From an uncultured Flavobacteriales bacterium (lineage in GTDB: Bacteria > Bacteroidota > Bacteroidia > Flavobacteriales > BACL11), in contig CAJWRW010000003.1 in assembly GCA_913046315.1 (NCBI GenBank), positions 1-60,134 of the forward strand: a stretch of 60,134 nt of DNA, read 5' to 3'. Below, piece after piece: positions 1-9,232 of this stretch (position 1 is its first letter; each line of letters starts with the position of its first letter). A program made the position numbers and the translations under genes. The notes beneath the pieces are model-generated. The model was not told where the DNA came from, searched no databases, and worked only from the letters and a program-made list of their open reading frames with translations.

Positions 1-1
1 A

Positions 2-820
2 TCAATTAAAATAAAAGGAGTTGATCATGAATTTTCAACAATTAAGGGTGTTGTTCAAGATGTTACTGAAATTATATTAAACTTAAAGCAAATCAGGTTT
101 AAACAACAGATTGATAATATAGATGAAGAAAGCGCAACAATTGTTGTTAAAAATCAAGAAACTATTACTGGTGTTGATATTGCTAATGGATTATCAAATT
201 TTCAAGTATTAAATCCGGATTTTTTAATATGTGAATTACAAAAAAAGGTTGAATTTGAGATGACTTTTACTATTTCAAAGGGAAGAGGTTATGTTTCAGC
301 TGAAAATAATATGATTGAAGATGCCCCAATAGGAACAATAGCAATAGATTCTATTTTTACTCCTATAAAGAATGTTAATTATAATATTGAAAATTATAGA
401 GTAGGTCAAAAAACAGATTATGAAAAGTTAAATATTAATATTACCACAGATGGTTCTATTGATCCAAAGTTAGCACTGACTGAAGCATCAAAGATTTTAA
501 TTCAGCATTTTATGCTTTTTTCTGATGAAAAAATTAATTTAGAGGTTGATACTGTTGATGATTTTGACGAAGACACACTTCATATGCGTCAACTTTTAAA
601 AACAGAATTAACTGATTTTGGTTTGTCTGTAAGAGCACTTAACTGTTTAAAAACTGCAGAGGTATATACACTAGGTGAACTTGTTTCATTTAAGAAAAGT
701 GATATGTTAAAGTTTAGAAATTTTGGAAAAAAATCTCTAACTGAACTTGAAGAACTTATAGATGAAAAAGGATTGCATTTCGGTTTTGATATTGCAAAAT
801 ATAATTTAGATAACGAATAA
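2..820 (+). CDS. rpoA: DNA-directed RNA polymerase alpha subunit, 3' part (5' end lies outside the window)
   Basis: The frame is open from nt 2 ([33 protein letters not shown]...) and continuous with listed ORF 260..820. A C-terminal domain HhH-like segment is present ([21 protein letters not shown]...[12 protein letters not shown]). rplQ follows immediately, as in the conserved cluster. Confidence 0.95.
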   Translation, partial: SIKIKGVDHEFSTIKGVVQDVTEIILNLKQIRFKQQIDNIDEESATIVVKNQETITGVDIANGLSNFQVLNPDFLICELQKKVEFEMTFTISKGRGYVSAENNMIEDAPIGTIAIDSIFTPIKNVNYNIENYRVGQKTDYEKLNINITTDGSIDPKLALTEASKILIQHFMLFSDEKINLEVDTVDDFDEDTLHMRQLLKTELTDFGLSVRALNCLKTAEVYTLGELVSFKKSDMLKFRNFGKKSLTELEELIDEKGLHFGFDIAKYNLDNE

Positions 821-824
821 TAAA

Positions 825-1718
825 ATGAGACACGGGAAGAAATTTAATCATTTAGGAAGAAAAGCGGCACACAGAAAAGCAATGCTTGCCAATATGGCTT
901 GTTCGCTTATTCAACATAAGCGTATTCAAACTACTGTTGCAAAAGCAAAGGCATTGAGAGTGTATATTGAGCCACTTCTTACAAAATCAAAGAATGATAC
1001 TACACATTCTAGAAGAACGGTATTTTCTTACCTTAAGCAAAAACAAGCGATTACCGAACTATTTGGAGATGTTGCTGCAAAAATTGCAGATCGTCCAGGT
1101 GGTTATGTTAGAATTTTGAAGATTAGTAATCGATTAGGCGACAATGCTGAGATGTGCTTTATTGAATTGGTAGATTATAATGATGACTATACAGCTGAAA
1201 AGCCTAAAAGAAAGAAAACAAGAAGAAGAGGTGGTGGTAAATCTGCTAATGAAGGGCAAAAGGTAGAAGGTGCAAGTACTGAAAAAGTTGTTAGTGAAGA
1301 AGTTGTTGAAGCTACAGTAGAAGAGGCAAGAGATATTGTTGAAGAACAGGTAGAAGAGTCACCAACAATAGAAGCGATAGAAGAAACAGCAAAAGAAGAA
1401 GTGGTTGAAGTTACACAAGAAGAGACTATAGAGGCAACTAATGAGGAGGTAGAACAAGTTCAAGAAGAAATAGCAGGCTCTGAAACAGAAACTAAAAAAG
1501 AAGGAGAGGTTTTAGTAGCGGAAGAAACTCCTGTTGAAGCTGAAGAAGTCCAAGAAGAAGTTGAAGCAGAGGTAGAAGAGCCAGTTGAAATAACTGCAGC
1601 AGCACCTGCTGAGGAAGTAGCTGAAGAAGCTCAACAACAAGAAGCTGATAATGAGGAAGAAGAAAAAAATGAGGAGGCTACAGACAAATCGAATGAAGAG
1701 GAGAAAAAAGAAGAGTAG
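825..1718 (+). CDS. rplQ: 50S ribosomal protein L17 with a ~155-aa acidic C-terminal extension
   Basis: The first ~117 aa are typical L17 ([22 protein letters not shown]...LI.HKRI.TT.AKAKALR). The gene sits directly after rpoA. The remainder is a Glu/Val/Ala-rich low-complexity tail. Confidence 0.93.
   Translation: MRHGKKFNHLGRKAAHRKAMLANMACSLIQHKRIQTTVAKAKALRVYIEPLLTKSKNDTTHSRRTVFSYLKQKQAITELFGDVAAKIADRPGGYVRILKISNRLGDNAEMCFIELVDYNDDYTAEKPKRKKTRRRGGGKSANEGQKVEGASTEKVVSEEVVEATVEEARDIVEEQVEESPTIEAIEETAKEEVVEVTQEETIEATNEEVEQVQEEIAGSETETKKEGEVLVAEETPVEAEEVQEEVEAEVEEPVEITAAAPAEEVAEEAQQQEADNEEEEKNEEATDKSNEEEKKEE
1251..1715 (+). repeat. GAA/GAG-rich low-complexity coding tract (acidic tail of L17)
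   Basis: By hand count, 58 of the last 155 residues are Glu, in irregular EEV/EEA/VEE units. The tract generates the antisense shadow ORF 1512..1823. Confidence 0.85.
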
Positions 1719-1744
1719 GATGAAATAATTTTTAATAATTAAAT

Positions 1745-1776
1745 GGATAGAGCTTTCTGCTTTGTCCTTTTTTTTT
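1745..1776 (+). terminator. Putative Rho-independent terminator after rplQ
   Basis: Stem GGATAGAG (1745-1752) pairs with CTTTGTCC (1760-1767), including two G-U pairs. The loop is 7 nt and a T9 run follows (1768-1776). Confidence 0.55.
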
Positions 1777-1795
1777 AATTTTATTTTAGAAAAAG

Positions 1796-2899
1796 ATGAA
1801 ATACAATAAAAGAGAAAAGGCAATCCTCATGTTGCAAGATGGTACTATTTTTCATGGTAAAGCCAATGGAATATTAGGGACGGCAACAGGAGAGCTTTGT
1901 TTTAATACAGGGATGACTGGCTATCAAGAAGTATTTACCGATCCTTCTTATTATGGTCAATTGATGATTACCACTAATGCGCATATTGGAAACTATGGCG
2001 TGCATAATGAGGAGGTGGAATCAGATGGTATGAAGATTGCAGGGCTCATTTGTAAGAACTTTAACTTGGGATATTCAAGAGTTGCAGGAGATGGCGATTT
2101 ACAATCCTATTTTGAAGATCAAAATAAAGTAGTTATTTCTGATGTAGATACTAGAGCGGTTGTTCGTCATATTCGAGATAAAGGCGCTATGAATGCTATT
2201 ATATCAACAGAAACCACTGATATTGATGTGTTGTCTAAGCGTTTGGCTGAGGTCCCGTCAATGGAAGGTTTAGAGCTTTCTTCTTCTGTTTCTACAAAGG
2301 AACCATACTTTATTGGAGATGAGTCGGCAGCATTAAAAGTTGCAGTTTTAGATTTAGGTGTTAAAAAGAATATTTTAAGATGTATGACAGATAGAGGTTG
2401 CTACTTAAAAGTTTTTCCAATGCACACTACTTATGAGGAGATGAAAGCTTGGAATCCTGATGGCTTCTTCTTGTCAAATGGTCCAGGTGATCCTTCAGCT
2501 ATGCCGGAAGTTATAGAACAAGTAAAGAAAATAACGGCTGATGGTAGAGCGGTTTTTGGAATTTGTTTAGGCCATCAAGCGCTTGCACTTTCTGAAGGGA
2601 TTTCTACTTATAAAATGCACAATGGTCATAGAGGTATTAATCATCCAGTAAAAAATTTAGCTAGCGGAAAAGCTGAGGTTACTTCACAAAATCATGGTTT
2701 TGGAATTTCTAAACAGGACATTCAAAATAATGCTAATGTAGAAATTACACACATTAATTTGAATGACGATACTGTTGAGGGTATAAAAATCAAGAATAAG
2801 AATTGTTTCTCTGTTCAATATCATCCAGAGTCCTCACCAGGACCACACGATTCAAGATATTTATTTGACCATTTTGTAAATAATATAAAAGACAACTAA
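1796..2899 (+). CDS. carA: Carbamoyl-phosphate synthase small (glutaminase) subunit
   Basis: 367 aa. N-terminal CPSase small-chain domain. Class-I GATase catalytic motifs GICLGHQ and the His/Glu region ([13 protein letters not shown]). Confidence 0.93.
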   Translation: MKYNKREKAILMLQDGTIFHGKANGILGTATGELCFNTGMTGYQEVFTDPSYYGQLMITTNAHIGNYGVHNEEVESDGMKIAGLICKNFNLGYSRVAGDGDLQSYFEDQNKVVISDVDTRAVVRHIRDKGAMNAIISTETTDIDVLSKRLAEVPSMEGLELSSSVSTKEPYFIGDESAALKVAVLDLGVKKNILRCMTDRGCYLKVFPMHTTYEEMKAWNPDGFFLSNGPGDPSAMPEVIEQVKKITADGRAVFGICLGHQALALSEGISTYKMHNGHRGINHPVKNLASGKAEVTSQNHGFGISKQDIQNNANVEITHINLNDDTVEGIKIKNKNCFSVQYHPESSPGPHDSRYLFDHFVNNIKDN

Positions 2900-4185
2900 T
2901 GAGTAAAATTGAAAAGATTCATGCTCGTCAAATTTTAGATTCTAGAGGAAATCCTACAGTTGAGGCAGAAGTAATTACCACCAACAATGTAGTTGGAAGA
3001 GCTGCTGTTCCTTCTGGGGCATCAACAGGAAAGCATGAGGCAGTAGAATTAAGAGATGGAGATAAAACAGTTTACCTTGGTAAAGGTGTTTTGAAAGCTG
3101 TTGAGAATGTTAAAACCGTAATTTCACAAGAGTTAAAGGGAATAAGTGTGATGCAGCAATCGCTTATAGATAATAAGATGATTGCATTAGATGGCACTTC
3201 AAATAAGGAAAAACTTGGTGCAAATGCAATGCTTGCTGTTTCTCTTGCTTGTGCAAAAGCTTCTGCCATTGAGCAAAATAAGAATCTATTTACCACAATA
3301 GGAAAGGCTGACGCATCTATCTTACCAATTCCCATGATGAATATCTTAAATGGAGGCTCTCATGCTGATAACAGTATAGACTTTCAAGAATTTATGGTAA
3401 TGCCTGTAGGTGCTCAATCTTTTTCTGATGCTTTAAGAATGGGAACTGAAGTATTTCATCATTTAAAGACAGAATTGCAATCTCAAGGATATTCTACAAA
3501 TGTTGGAGATGAAGGAGGATTTGCGTCTAATTTAGGTTCTAATGAAGAAGCTATTGAAATCGTATTAAAAGCCATTGGTTCTGCTGGCTACAGAGCAGGA
3601 GAGGATATTTATATTGCTATGGATGCTGCCGCTTCTGAATTTTACAATGCTGAAGAAAATGTGTATCATTTTCATCAATCAACAGGAGATAAATTAACTC
3701 CAGCTGAGATGGTTGATTATTGGGTAAATTGGACAAAAAAATATCCAATACTTTCTATTGAAGACGGATTGGATGAAGATGATTGGTATGCTTGGAAAGA
3801 TTTAACAAGCAAGATTGGAGACAAGGTACAGTTAGTAGGAGATGATTTATTTGTAACTAATGTGGAAAGGCTTTCAAGGGGAATTCAGAATCAGACAGCC
3901 AATTCTATTTTAATAAAAGTAAATCAGATTGGCACATTAACCGAAACTATAAATGCCGTGAAAATGGCACAAAACAATGGATACACTTCTGTAATGAGCC
4001 ACAGGTCAGGAGAGACTGAAGATACGACTATAGCTGATTTGGCTGTTGCTTTAAGTTGCGGACAGATTAAAACAGGTTCGGCTTCTCGTTCTGATAGAAT
4101 GGCAAAATACAATCAGTTGCTAAGAATTGAAGAAATCTTAGCGAAAGATGCGGTTTATCCAGGAAAAAACTTTATATTGGGCTAG
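2899..4185 (+). CDS. eno: Enolase (phosphopyruvate hydratase)
   Basis: 428 aa. Motifs [19 protein letters not shown] and the signature [12 protein letters not shown]...SHRSGETED. The start overlaps the carA stop by 1 nt (TAATG). Confidence 0.97.
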   Translation: MSKIEKIHARQILDSRGNPTVEAEVITTNNVVGRAAVPSGASTGKHEAVELRDGDKTVYLGKGVLKAVENVKTVISQELKGISVMQQSLIDNKMIALDGTSNKEKLGANAMLAVSLACAKASAIEQNKNLFTTIGKADASILPIPMMNILNGGSHADNSIDFQEFMVMPVGAQSFSDALRMGTEVFHHLKTELQSQGYSTNVGDEGGFASNLGSNEEAIEIVLKAIGSAGYRAGEDIYIAMDAAASEFYNAEENVYHFHQSTGDKLTPAEMVDYWVNWTKKYPILSIEDGLDEDDWYAWKDLTSKIGDKVQLVGDDLFVTNVERLSRGIQNQTANSILIKVNQIGTLTETINAVKMAQNNGYTSVMSHRSGETEDTTIADLAVALSCGQIKTGSASRSDRMAKYNQLLRIEEILAKDAVYPGKNFILG

Positions 4186-4206
4186 TTTAAATTTTTGTAA
4201 GAGAAT

Positions 4207-5493
4207 ATGGCAAAGAAAGCAGAATTACACATTGATGGAGAAATTATTGAATTGCCAGTAATTACTGGTACTGAGAATGAAACTGCAATTGATATCAGCA
4301 GATTAAGAGCAGAAACGGGAGTTATTACTTTAGACAAAGGATTCAAAAACACAGGATCTACCCAAAGTGGAATAACATTTCTGGATGGCGAAAAAGGGAT
4401 TTTGCGATATAGAGGTTATGCTATAGAAGAATTAGCTGAGGAATCTTCTTTTTTGGAAGTAGCATTCTTGCTTATTTATGGCGAATTACCAACAAGTGAA
4501 GATTTGGCTGCATTTGAAAAAGAGATCTCTGAACACACATTGGTTCATGAAGATGTAAGATCTATTTTGGATGGGTTTCCTTCCAAAGCACATCCAATGG
4601 GTGTACTTTCTTCATTAGTATCTTCATTAACTGCTTTTTATCCAAAATCTTTAGATCCTAATCGTTCAGTAGAAGAAATTAACGGAACCATCATTCGTTC
4701 TATTGCAAAATTACCAACACTTGCTGCATGGAGTTTCAAAAACAGGATGCGTCAGCCCGTAATTTACCCAGATAATTCTCTTGGGTATTGTGAGAATTTT
4801 ATTAGAATGATGTTCTCACTACCTACGCTTAATTATGAAGTAAATCCAGTTGTAGCAAGTGCATTAAACAAACTTTTAATTTTGCATGCTGATCACGAAC
4901 AAAATTGTTCTGCATCAACTGTTCGTATTGTTGGATCTTCTCATGCAAGTTTATACGCTTCTGTTTCAGCAGGAATTGCAGCACTTTGGGGCCCTCTTCA
5001 TGGAGGAGCAAATCAGGCAGTGATTGAGATGCTCGAACAAATAAAAGATGATGGAGGTGATGTAGATAAGTATGTTGCTAAGGCAAAAGACAGATCCGAT
5101 TCATTCCGTTTAATGGGATTCGGGCATAGGGTATACAAAAGTTTTGATCCTAGAGCAACCATTATTAAAAAAGCTGCAGATGAGGTTTTAGGGCAATTAG
5201 GGGTCGAAGATCCAGTGCTTGATATTGCAAAGAAGTTAGAGCAAGTAGCGCTAAATGACGAATATTTTAAAGTTAAAGGATTGTATCCTAATGTAGATTT
5301 CTATTCAGGGATAATTTACAGAGCTATAGGGATTCCAACAGATATGTTTACGGTTATGTTTGCATTAGGAAGACTTCCAGGCTGGATTGCACAATGGAAA
5401 GAAATGAGAGAGAATGGAGAGCCTATTGGAAGGCCAAGGCAAATTTATACGGGTGCTACAGAAAGAAAATATGTTCCAATCGAAAAAAGATAA
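4207..5493 (+). CDS. gltA: Citrate synthase
   Basis: 428 aa. Citrate synthase signature GFGHRVYKSFDPRA and catalytic His motifs (HADHEQNCS, GPLHGGAN). Confidence 0.95.
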   Translation: MAKKAELHIDGEIIELPVITGTENETAIDISRLRAETGVITLDKGFKNTGSTQSGITFLDGEKGILRYRGYAIEELAEESSFLEVAFLLIYGELPTSEDLAAFEKEISEHTLVHEDVRSILDGFPSKAHPMGVLSSLVSSLTAFYPKSLDPNRSVEEINGTIIRSIAKLPTLAAWSFKNRMRQPVIYPDNSLGYCENFIRMMFSLPTLNYEVNPVVASALNKLLILHADHEQNCSASTVRIVGSSHASLYASVSAGIAALWGPLHGGANQAVIEMLEQIKDDGGDVDKYVAKAKDRSDSFRLMGFGHRVYKSFDPRATIIKKAADEVLGQLGVEDPVLDIAKKLEQVALNDEYFKVKGLYPNVDFYSGIIYRAIGIPTDMFTVMFALGRLPGWIAQWKEMRENGEPIGRPRQIYTGATERKYVPIEKR

Positions 5494-5510
5494 AAGAATT
5501 TAATTTTAAA

Positions 5511-5545
5511 AAAAGGGGAGTCATTGGCTTCCCTTTTTTATTTTT
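5511..5545 (+). terminator. Rho-independent terminator after gltA
   Basis: AAAAGGGGAG (5511-5520) pairs with CTTCCCTTTT (5528-5537) with one G-U pair. The loop is TCATTGG. It runs into TTTTTTATTTTT. Confidence 0.65.
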
Positions 5546-5550
5546 GAGCT

Positions 5551-7287
5551 ATGGCTTATAAGAATTTACAACAGTGTATTTCAGATTTACAGAAAAATGG
5601 AGAAGTAAGAATTGTCTCTGAGGAAGTAAGTCCTGATTTACATATGGCTTCTATTCATTTAGATGAGTTTAAAGAAGGTAAAAAAACATTGTTATTTGAA
5701 TCAATTAAGGGGACAAAATATAGGTCTGTTTCTAATTTATTTGGAACTTTAGAAAGAGGAAAGTTTCTTTTTAGAGATAGTATGTCTTTTGTAAAGAATT
5801 TAATTGCATTAAAATTAAACCCTACCAATGCATTAAATAATCCTGTAAAATCACTATTTACAATTATAAATGGAATTTATTCTATTCCAAAAAAAGTTTC
5901 TTTTCCAAAATCATTTAAAGAAATAAAGATAGAGGACTTGCCTCAAATAAAATGCTGGAAAGAGGATGGGGGAGCTTTTATCACTTTACCTCAAGTATAT
6001 TCAGAGGATTTAGAAAATCCTGGAATTCTGAACTCAAATTTAGGAATGTATCGCATTCAACTTTCAGGAAATGATTATGAGTTGAATAAGGAAGTTGGTA
6101 TGCATTATCAAATCCATAGAGGAATAGGAGTGCATCAAAAGAAAGCAATTAAAAAAGGAGAACCTTTAAAGGTGTCTATTTTTGTAGGAGGACCTCCTGC
6201 ACATACTTTTGCTGCCGTTATGCCACTTCCTGAAGGCATGTCAGAATTATCTTTTGCAGGAGTATTAGCAAAAAGAAGGTTTAGGTATGCAAAGAAGGAT
6301 GGTTATACCATTTCTGCAGATGCGGACTTTGTAATTTGTGGAGAATTACACTCAAATGATTTAAAACCTGAAGGTCCTTTTGGAGATCATTTAGGTTATT
6401 ATAGTTTAAAACATGAATTTCCAGTTTTGAGAGTTCATAAGGTGTATGCAAAAGAAAATGGAATATGGCCTTTTACTGTGGTGGGTCGACCTCCACAAGA
6501 GGACTCTCAGTTTGGAGCTCTTATTCATGAGATAAGTGGTAAAGCAATTGAGAAAGAAATACCTGGTTTAAAATCACTTAATGCTGTAGATGATTCTGGT
6601 GTTCATCCATTATTACTGGCTGTAGGAAGCGAACGATACACCCCTTATAATCCAACTAAAAAACCACAAGAGTTACTTACTATCGCAAATCGTATTTTGG
6701 GAACAGGACAAGTTTCCTTAGCAAAATTTCTATTTATTTGTGATGAGGAAAACGGACCTAATGTAAATAATAAAGAGGAATATTTTACGCATTTTCTAGA
6801 GAGGGTAGATTGGGCAAGAGATTTACATTTCCAAACTAAAACTACTATAGATACTTTAGATTATAGTGGAGATGGACTCAATGAGGGGTCGAAAGTTGTA
6901 ATAGCTGCTGCAGGAGAGATAAAAAGAAGACTATCAGAGAGTTTAACTCAAATTGATTTACCGACAGGATTTTCAAATCCTAATTTAGTAAGCAATGGAA
7001 ATTTAGTTGTTGAGGGTAATGGGGCAATTAAAGATTTAATTTCTATTTTAGAACAACAAAATTTGGAGGAGATAGGGCTTATAACTTTAGTAGATGATTC
7101 TCAATTTGTTAGTGAAGATTTTTCTAATTGGCTCTGGGTTACTTTTACACGTTCCAATCCAGCTAGTGATATTTATGGACTTAATTCAGAAACTAAGAAC
7201 AAACATTATTCATGTTCTATACCTGTTATTGATGCTAGAATAAAAGCACATCACGCACCTATTTTGGAGAGATATGTTTCTTCTTAA
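5551..7287 (+). CDS. UbiD-family (prenyl-FMN dependent) decarboxylase, likely menaquinone biosynthesis decarboxylase
   Basis: 578 aa. UbiD-like segments are present (GAFITLPQVY..., NLGMYRIQL, HYQIHRGIGVH, EGPFGDHLGYY). mqnA is present in the same window. Confidence 0.8.
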   Translation: MAYKNLQQCISDLQKNGEVRIVSEEVSPDLHMASIHLDEFKEGKKTLLFESIKGTKYRSVSNLFGTLERGKFLFRDSMSFVKNLIALKLNPTNALNNPVKSLFTIINGIYSIPKKVSFPKSFKEIKIEDLPQIKCWKEDGGAFITLPQVYSEDLENPGILNSNLGMYRIQLSGNDYELNKEVGMHYQIHRGIGVHQKKAIKKGEPLKVSIFVGGPPAHTFAAVMPLPEGMSELSFAGVLAKRRFRYAKKDGYTISADADFVICGELHSNDLKPEGPFGDHLGYYSLKHEFPVLRVHKVYAKENGIWPFTVVGRPPQEDSQFGALIHEISGKAIEKEIPGLKSLNAVDDSGVHPLLLAVGSERYTPYNPTKKPQELLTIANRILGTGQVSLAKFLFICDEENGPNVNNKEEYFTHFLERVDWARDLHFQTKTTIDTLDYSGDGLNEGSKVVIAAAGEIKRRLSESLTQIDLPTGFSNPNLVSNGNLVVEGNGAIKDLISILEQQNLEEIGLITLVDDSQFVSEDFSNWLWVTFTRSNPASDIYGLNSETKNKHYSCSIPVIDARIKAHHAPILERYVSS

Positions 7288-8485
7288 ACTTTTTGTTGTT
7301 CCACTTTCTTTTTTTCTTTTTCTTAGTAAGTAATTTGTATTCAGGAGCTTTTTCAAAACCATTTGGTAAGTCCAATTTAGTAATTTCTTTTTCAATTAGC
7401 TTTTCAATTTCCATAAAGTTCTTCACTTGTTTTGGATTTATAAAGGTAATTGCTTCTCCCGTTCTGTCTGCTCTGGCAGTTCTTCCGATCCTATGTACAT
7501 AATCTTCTGCATCATGAGGCACTTCATAATTGATCACTAGCTCAATTCCTTTAATGTCTATTCCTCTAGATAGAATGTCAGTTGCAACTAAAATCTTTAT
7601 TCTCTTATTTTTAAAATCACGAATAGTTTGTTCTCTTTGTTCTTGATCTAATCCCGAATGCATTTCTGAAGATTTCATACCTGCTTTATTAAGTGTCTTT
7701 TTAATTTCTCTTACACTTTTTATACTTGAAGCAAAAACCAAAACATGACTCAAATCTTTACCTTTTCCTTTTAATATTTCTCTAACTAATTTTACTTTTT
7801 GACTATCGTGAGTCATATAAGCGTATTGTGTAAGTCCTTCAGCTGGCTTGGATATTGCCAAGCTGATACTCTCCGGATTTTTTAGAATATTATTTGCAAG
7901 CTCTCTGATTTTTGGCGGCATGGTTGCTGAAAATAAAAGATTCTGTCTTTCTTTTGGTAGCTCACTTGCAATTTTCATGATGTCATCATAAAAGCCCATG
8001 TCTAACATTCTGTCTGCCTCATCCAATATAAAATGCTTTACTCCAGAAGTGTCAAAATAATTAAAATCTAAATGTGCTAATAACCTTCCTGGAGTACAGA
8101 TGATAATGTCTGCTCCTTTTTTTAAAGCTTGTTTCTGGTTGTCAAATTCTATACCAGTTCCTCCACCATAAATAGGGTAGGATGAAGAGTTGGTAAAATA
8201 GGAGAATCCTTCAATTTGTCTGTCAATTTGTTTGGCAAGCTCCCTAGTAGGAGCGATAATAATAGTGTTTACTTTATTATTTTGCTTGGTCTTAGTAAGT
8301 TTATCTAAAATAGGAAGAACAAAGGCAGCTGTTTTTCCTGTTCCTGTTTGTGCGCAAGCTATTAAATCATTATCTTTTTGAATGATTGGTATCGCTTGCT
8401 GCTGTATTGGGGTTGCATCTTCAAATCCCATCATATCTAAACCGTCTTGCAGTTCGTTTCCGAAGTTAAATGTTGTAAATTTCAT
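7259..8485 (-). CDS. DEAD-box ATP-dependent RNA helicase with Lys-rich C-terminal tail
   Basis: Q-motif (F..LGF..ATPIQ), Walker A AQTGTGKT, DEAD box LDEADRMLDMGF, SAT, and motif VI HRIGRTARA. The tail is KKKKKRKWNNKKFKKK. Confidence 0.95.
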   Translation of the reverse strand: MKFTTFNFGNELQDGLDMMGFEDATPIQQQAIPIIQKDNDLIACAQTGTGKTAAFVLPILDKLTKTKQNNKVNTIIIAPTRELAKQIDRQIEGFSYFTNSSSYPIYGGGTGIEFDNQKQALKKGADIIICTPGRLLAHLDFNYFDTSGVKHFILDEADRMLDMGFYDDIMKIASELPKERQNLLFSATMPPKIRELANNILKNPESISLAISKPAEGLTQYAYMTHDSQKVKLVREILKGKGKDLSHVLVFASSIKSVREIKKTLNKAGMKSSEMHSGLDQEQREQTIRDFKNKRIKILVATDILSRGIDIKGIELVINYEVPHDAEDYVHRIGRTARADRTGEAITFINPKQVKNFMEIEKLIEKEITKLDLPNGFEKAPEYKLLTKKKKKRKWNNKKFKKKHISPK

Positions 8486-8692
8486 TGGCTAAAGATACTA
8501 AAAACAATATCTATTTTCCTCAATGAGTTTTTCTGCAATTTCTTTTCTCATCTGTTTAGTGTTAATGTTGTAAACTTTTGTGAATCGTTTTAGGCCCATT
8601 AATAAATTCTTTGTTCGTCTCCTTCTGCAAAATGATACGCAATATGCGATCTAATAATTCCAGATCTAATTACCACTGCCTTATTAATATGT

Positions 8693-9121
8693 TTATTTAG
8701 TTTCATCTATAACTTTATTTATCTTTTTTAGTATGGTAAAGAAGGTGTGTATTTCTTTTTTTGTAAAGTGAGAAAAAATAGTTTCGTTAAAGTTAATAAC
8801 TACTTTTTTTGCTACTTCACGTGAATCCATTCCCATTGGAGTAAGGTGGATTACTACTTTTCTTTTGTCGTTTGGGTCAGGCTTTCTCTCAATTACACCT
8901 AAATCTTCGAGTTTGTTTAAAGAGCGTGATAGGGAAGTAGCTTCCATCCCCATACTTGGGCCTAATTGTGTAGAAGGCGTACCTTCCATAATGTCAATGT
9001 TTAGAATTATCATACCGAGCGCCATGCTTGCCATATATTCTGTGGCTGTTCGATTGTACATCTTACTGATTTTATACCAAGTTTTTCTGATGTTGTAGTC
9101 AATAGTATCTTCAGGCAACAT
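8693..9121 (-). CDS. MarR-family transcriptional regulator
   Basis: 142 aa. Winged-helix segment TQLGPSMGMEATSLSRSLNKLEDLGVIERKPDPNDKRKVVIHLTPMG. It is divergent from an acyl-CoA ligase gene, with a palindrome between them. Confidence 0.85.
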   Translation of the reverse strand: MLPEDTIDYNIRKTWYKISKMYNRTATEYMASMALGMIILNIDIMEGTPSTQLGPSMGMEATSLSRSLNKLEDLGVIERKPDPNDKRKVVIHLTPMGMDSREVAKKVVINFNETIFSHFTKKEIHTFFTILKKINKVIDETK

Positions 9122-9164
9122 ATTTTTTGTATTAATAATTTAATTTTAGCTAAAATAAACAATG

Positions 9165-9191
9165 TTATGCATGCATAATAAAATTGCATAA
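9165..9191. promoter_or_regulatory. Candidate MarR operator: perfect 14-bp palindrome plus a third half-site
   Basis: TTATGCATGCATAA (9165-9178) is its own reverse complement. TGCATAA recurs at 9185-9191. The site lies 44 nt upstream of the MarR gene start (9121, minus strand) and 55 nt upstream of the ligase ATG (9233). Confidence 0.5.
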
Positions 9192-9232
9192 AAAATTTCT
9201 TTTATATTTATCCTTCAATAAAAAATGAACTG

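Noticed and set aside
1512-1823. 103-aa minus-strand ORF overlapping the end of rplQ and the start of carA.
   Set aside because: It is a shadow of the GAA-rich acidic tail of L17. It translates to a poly-Phe/Leu/Ser low-complexity string and crosses a terminator and the carA start.
7259-7287. 29-nt convergent 3' overlap between the UbiD-like gene and the DEAD-box helicase gene, plus shadow ORFs 7210..7395 and 7293..7502.
   Set aside because: The overlap only involves the low-complexity Lys-rich helicase tail (AAA/AAG codons read as TTT on the other strand). This is compact-genome packing, not a regulatory feature I can support.
8486-8706. Short minus-strand ORFs in the 207-bp spacer between the MarR gene and the DEAD-box helicase. 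One is MKLNKHINKAVVIRSGIIRSHIAYHFAEGDEQRIY (36 aa, overlapping the MarR stop). The other frame reads IAYCVSF...MGLKRFTKVYNINTKQMRKEIAEKLIEENRYCF. The segments IAY.V.F and RF.K.Y.I....R.K faintly recall the last helix-turn-helix of AraC/XylS regulators.
   Set aside because: They are too short and the spacing does not match the AraC consensus well, so this could be chance in AT-rich DNA. The region may equally be a long 5' UTR of the helicase gene. It is worth a BLASTX, but I do not call it as a feature.
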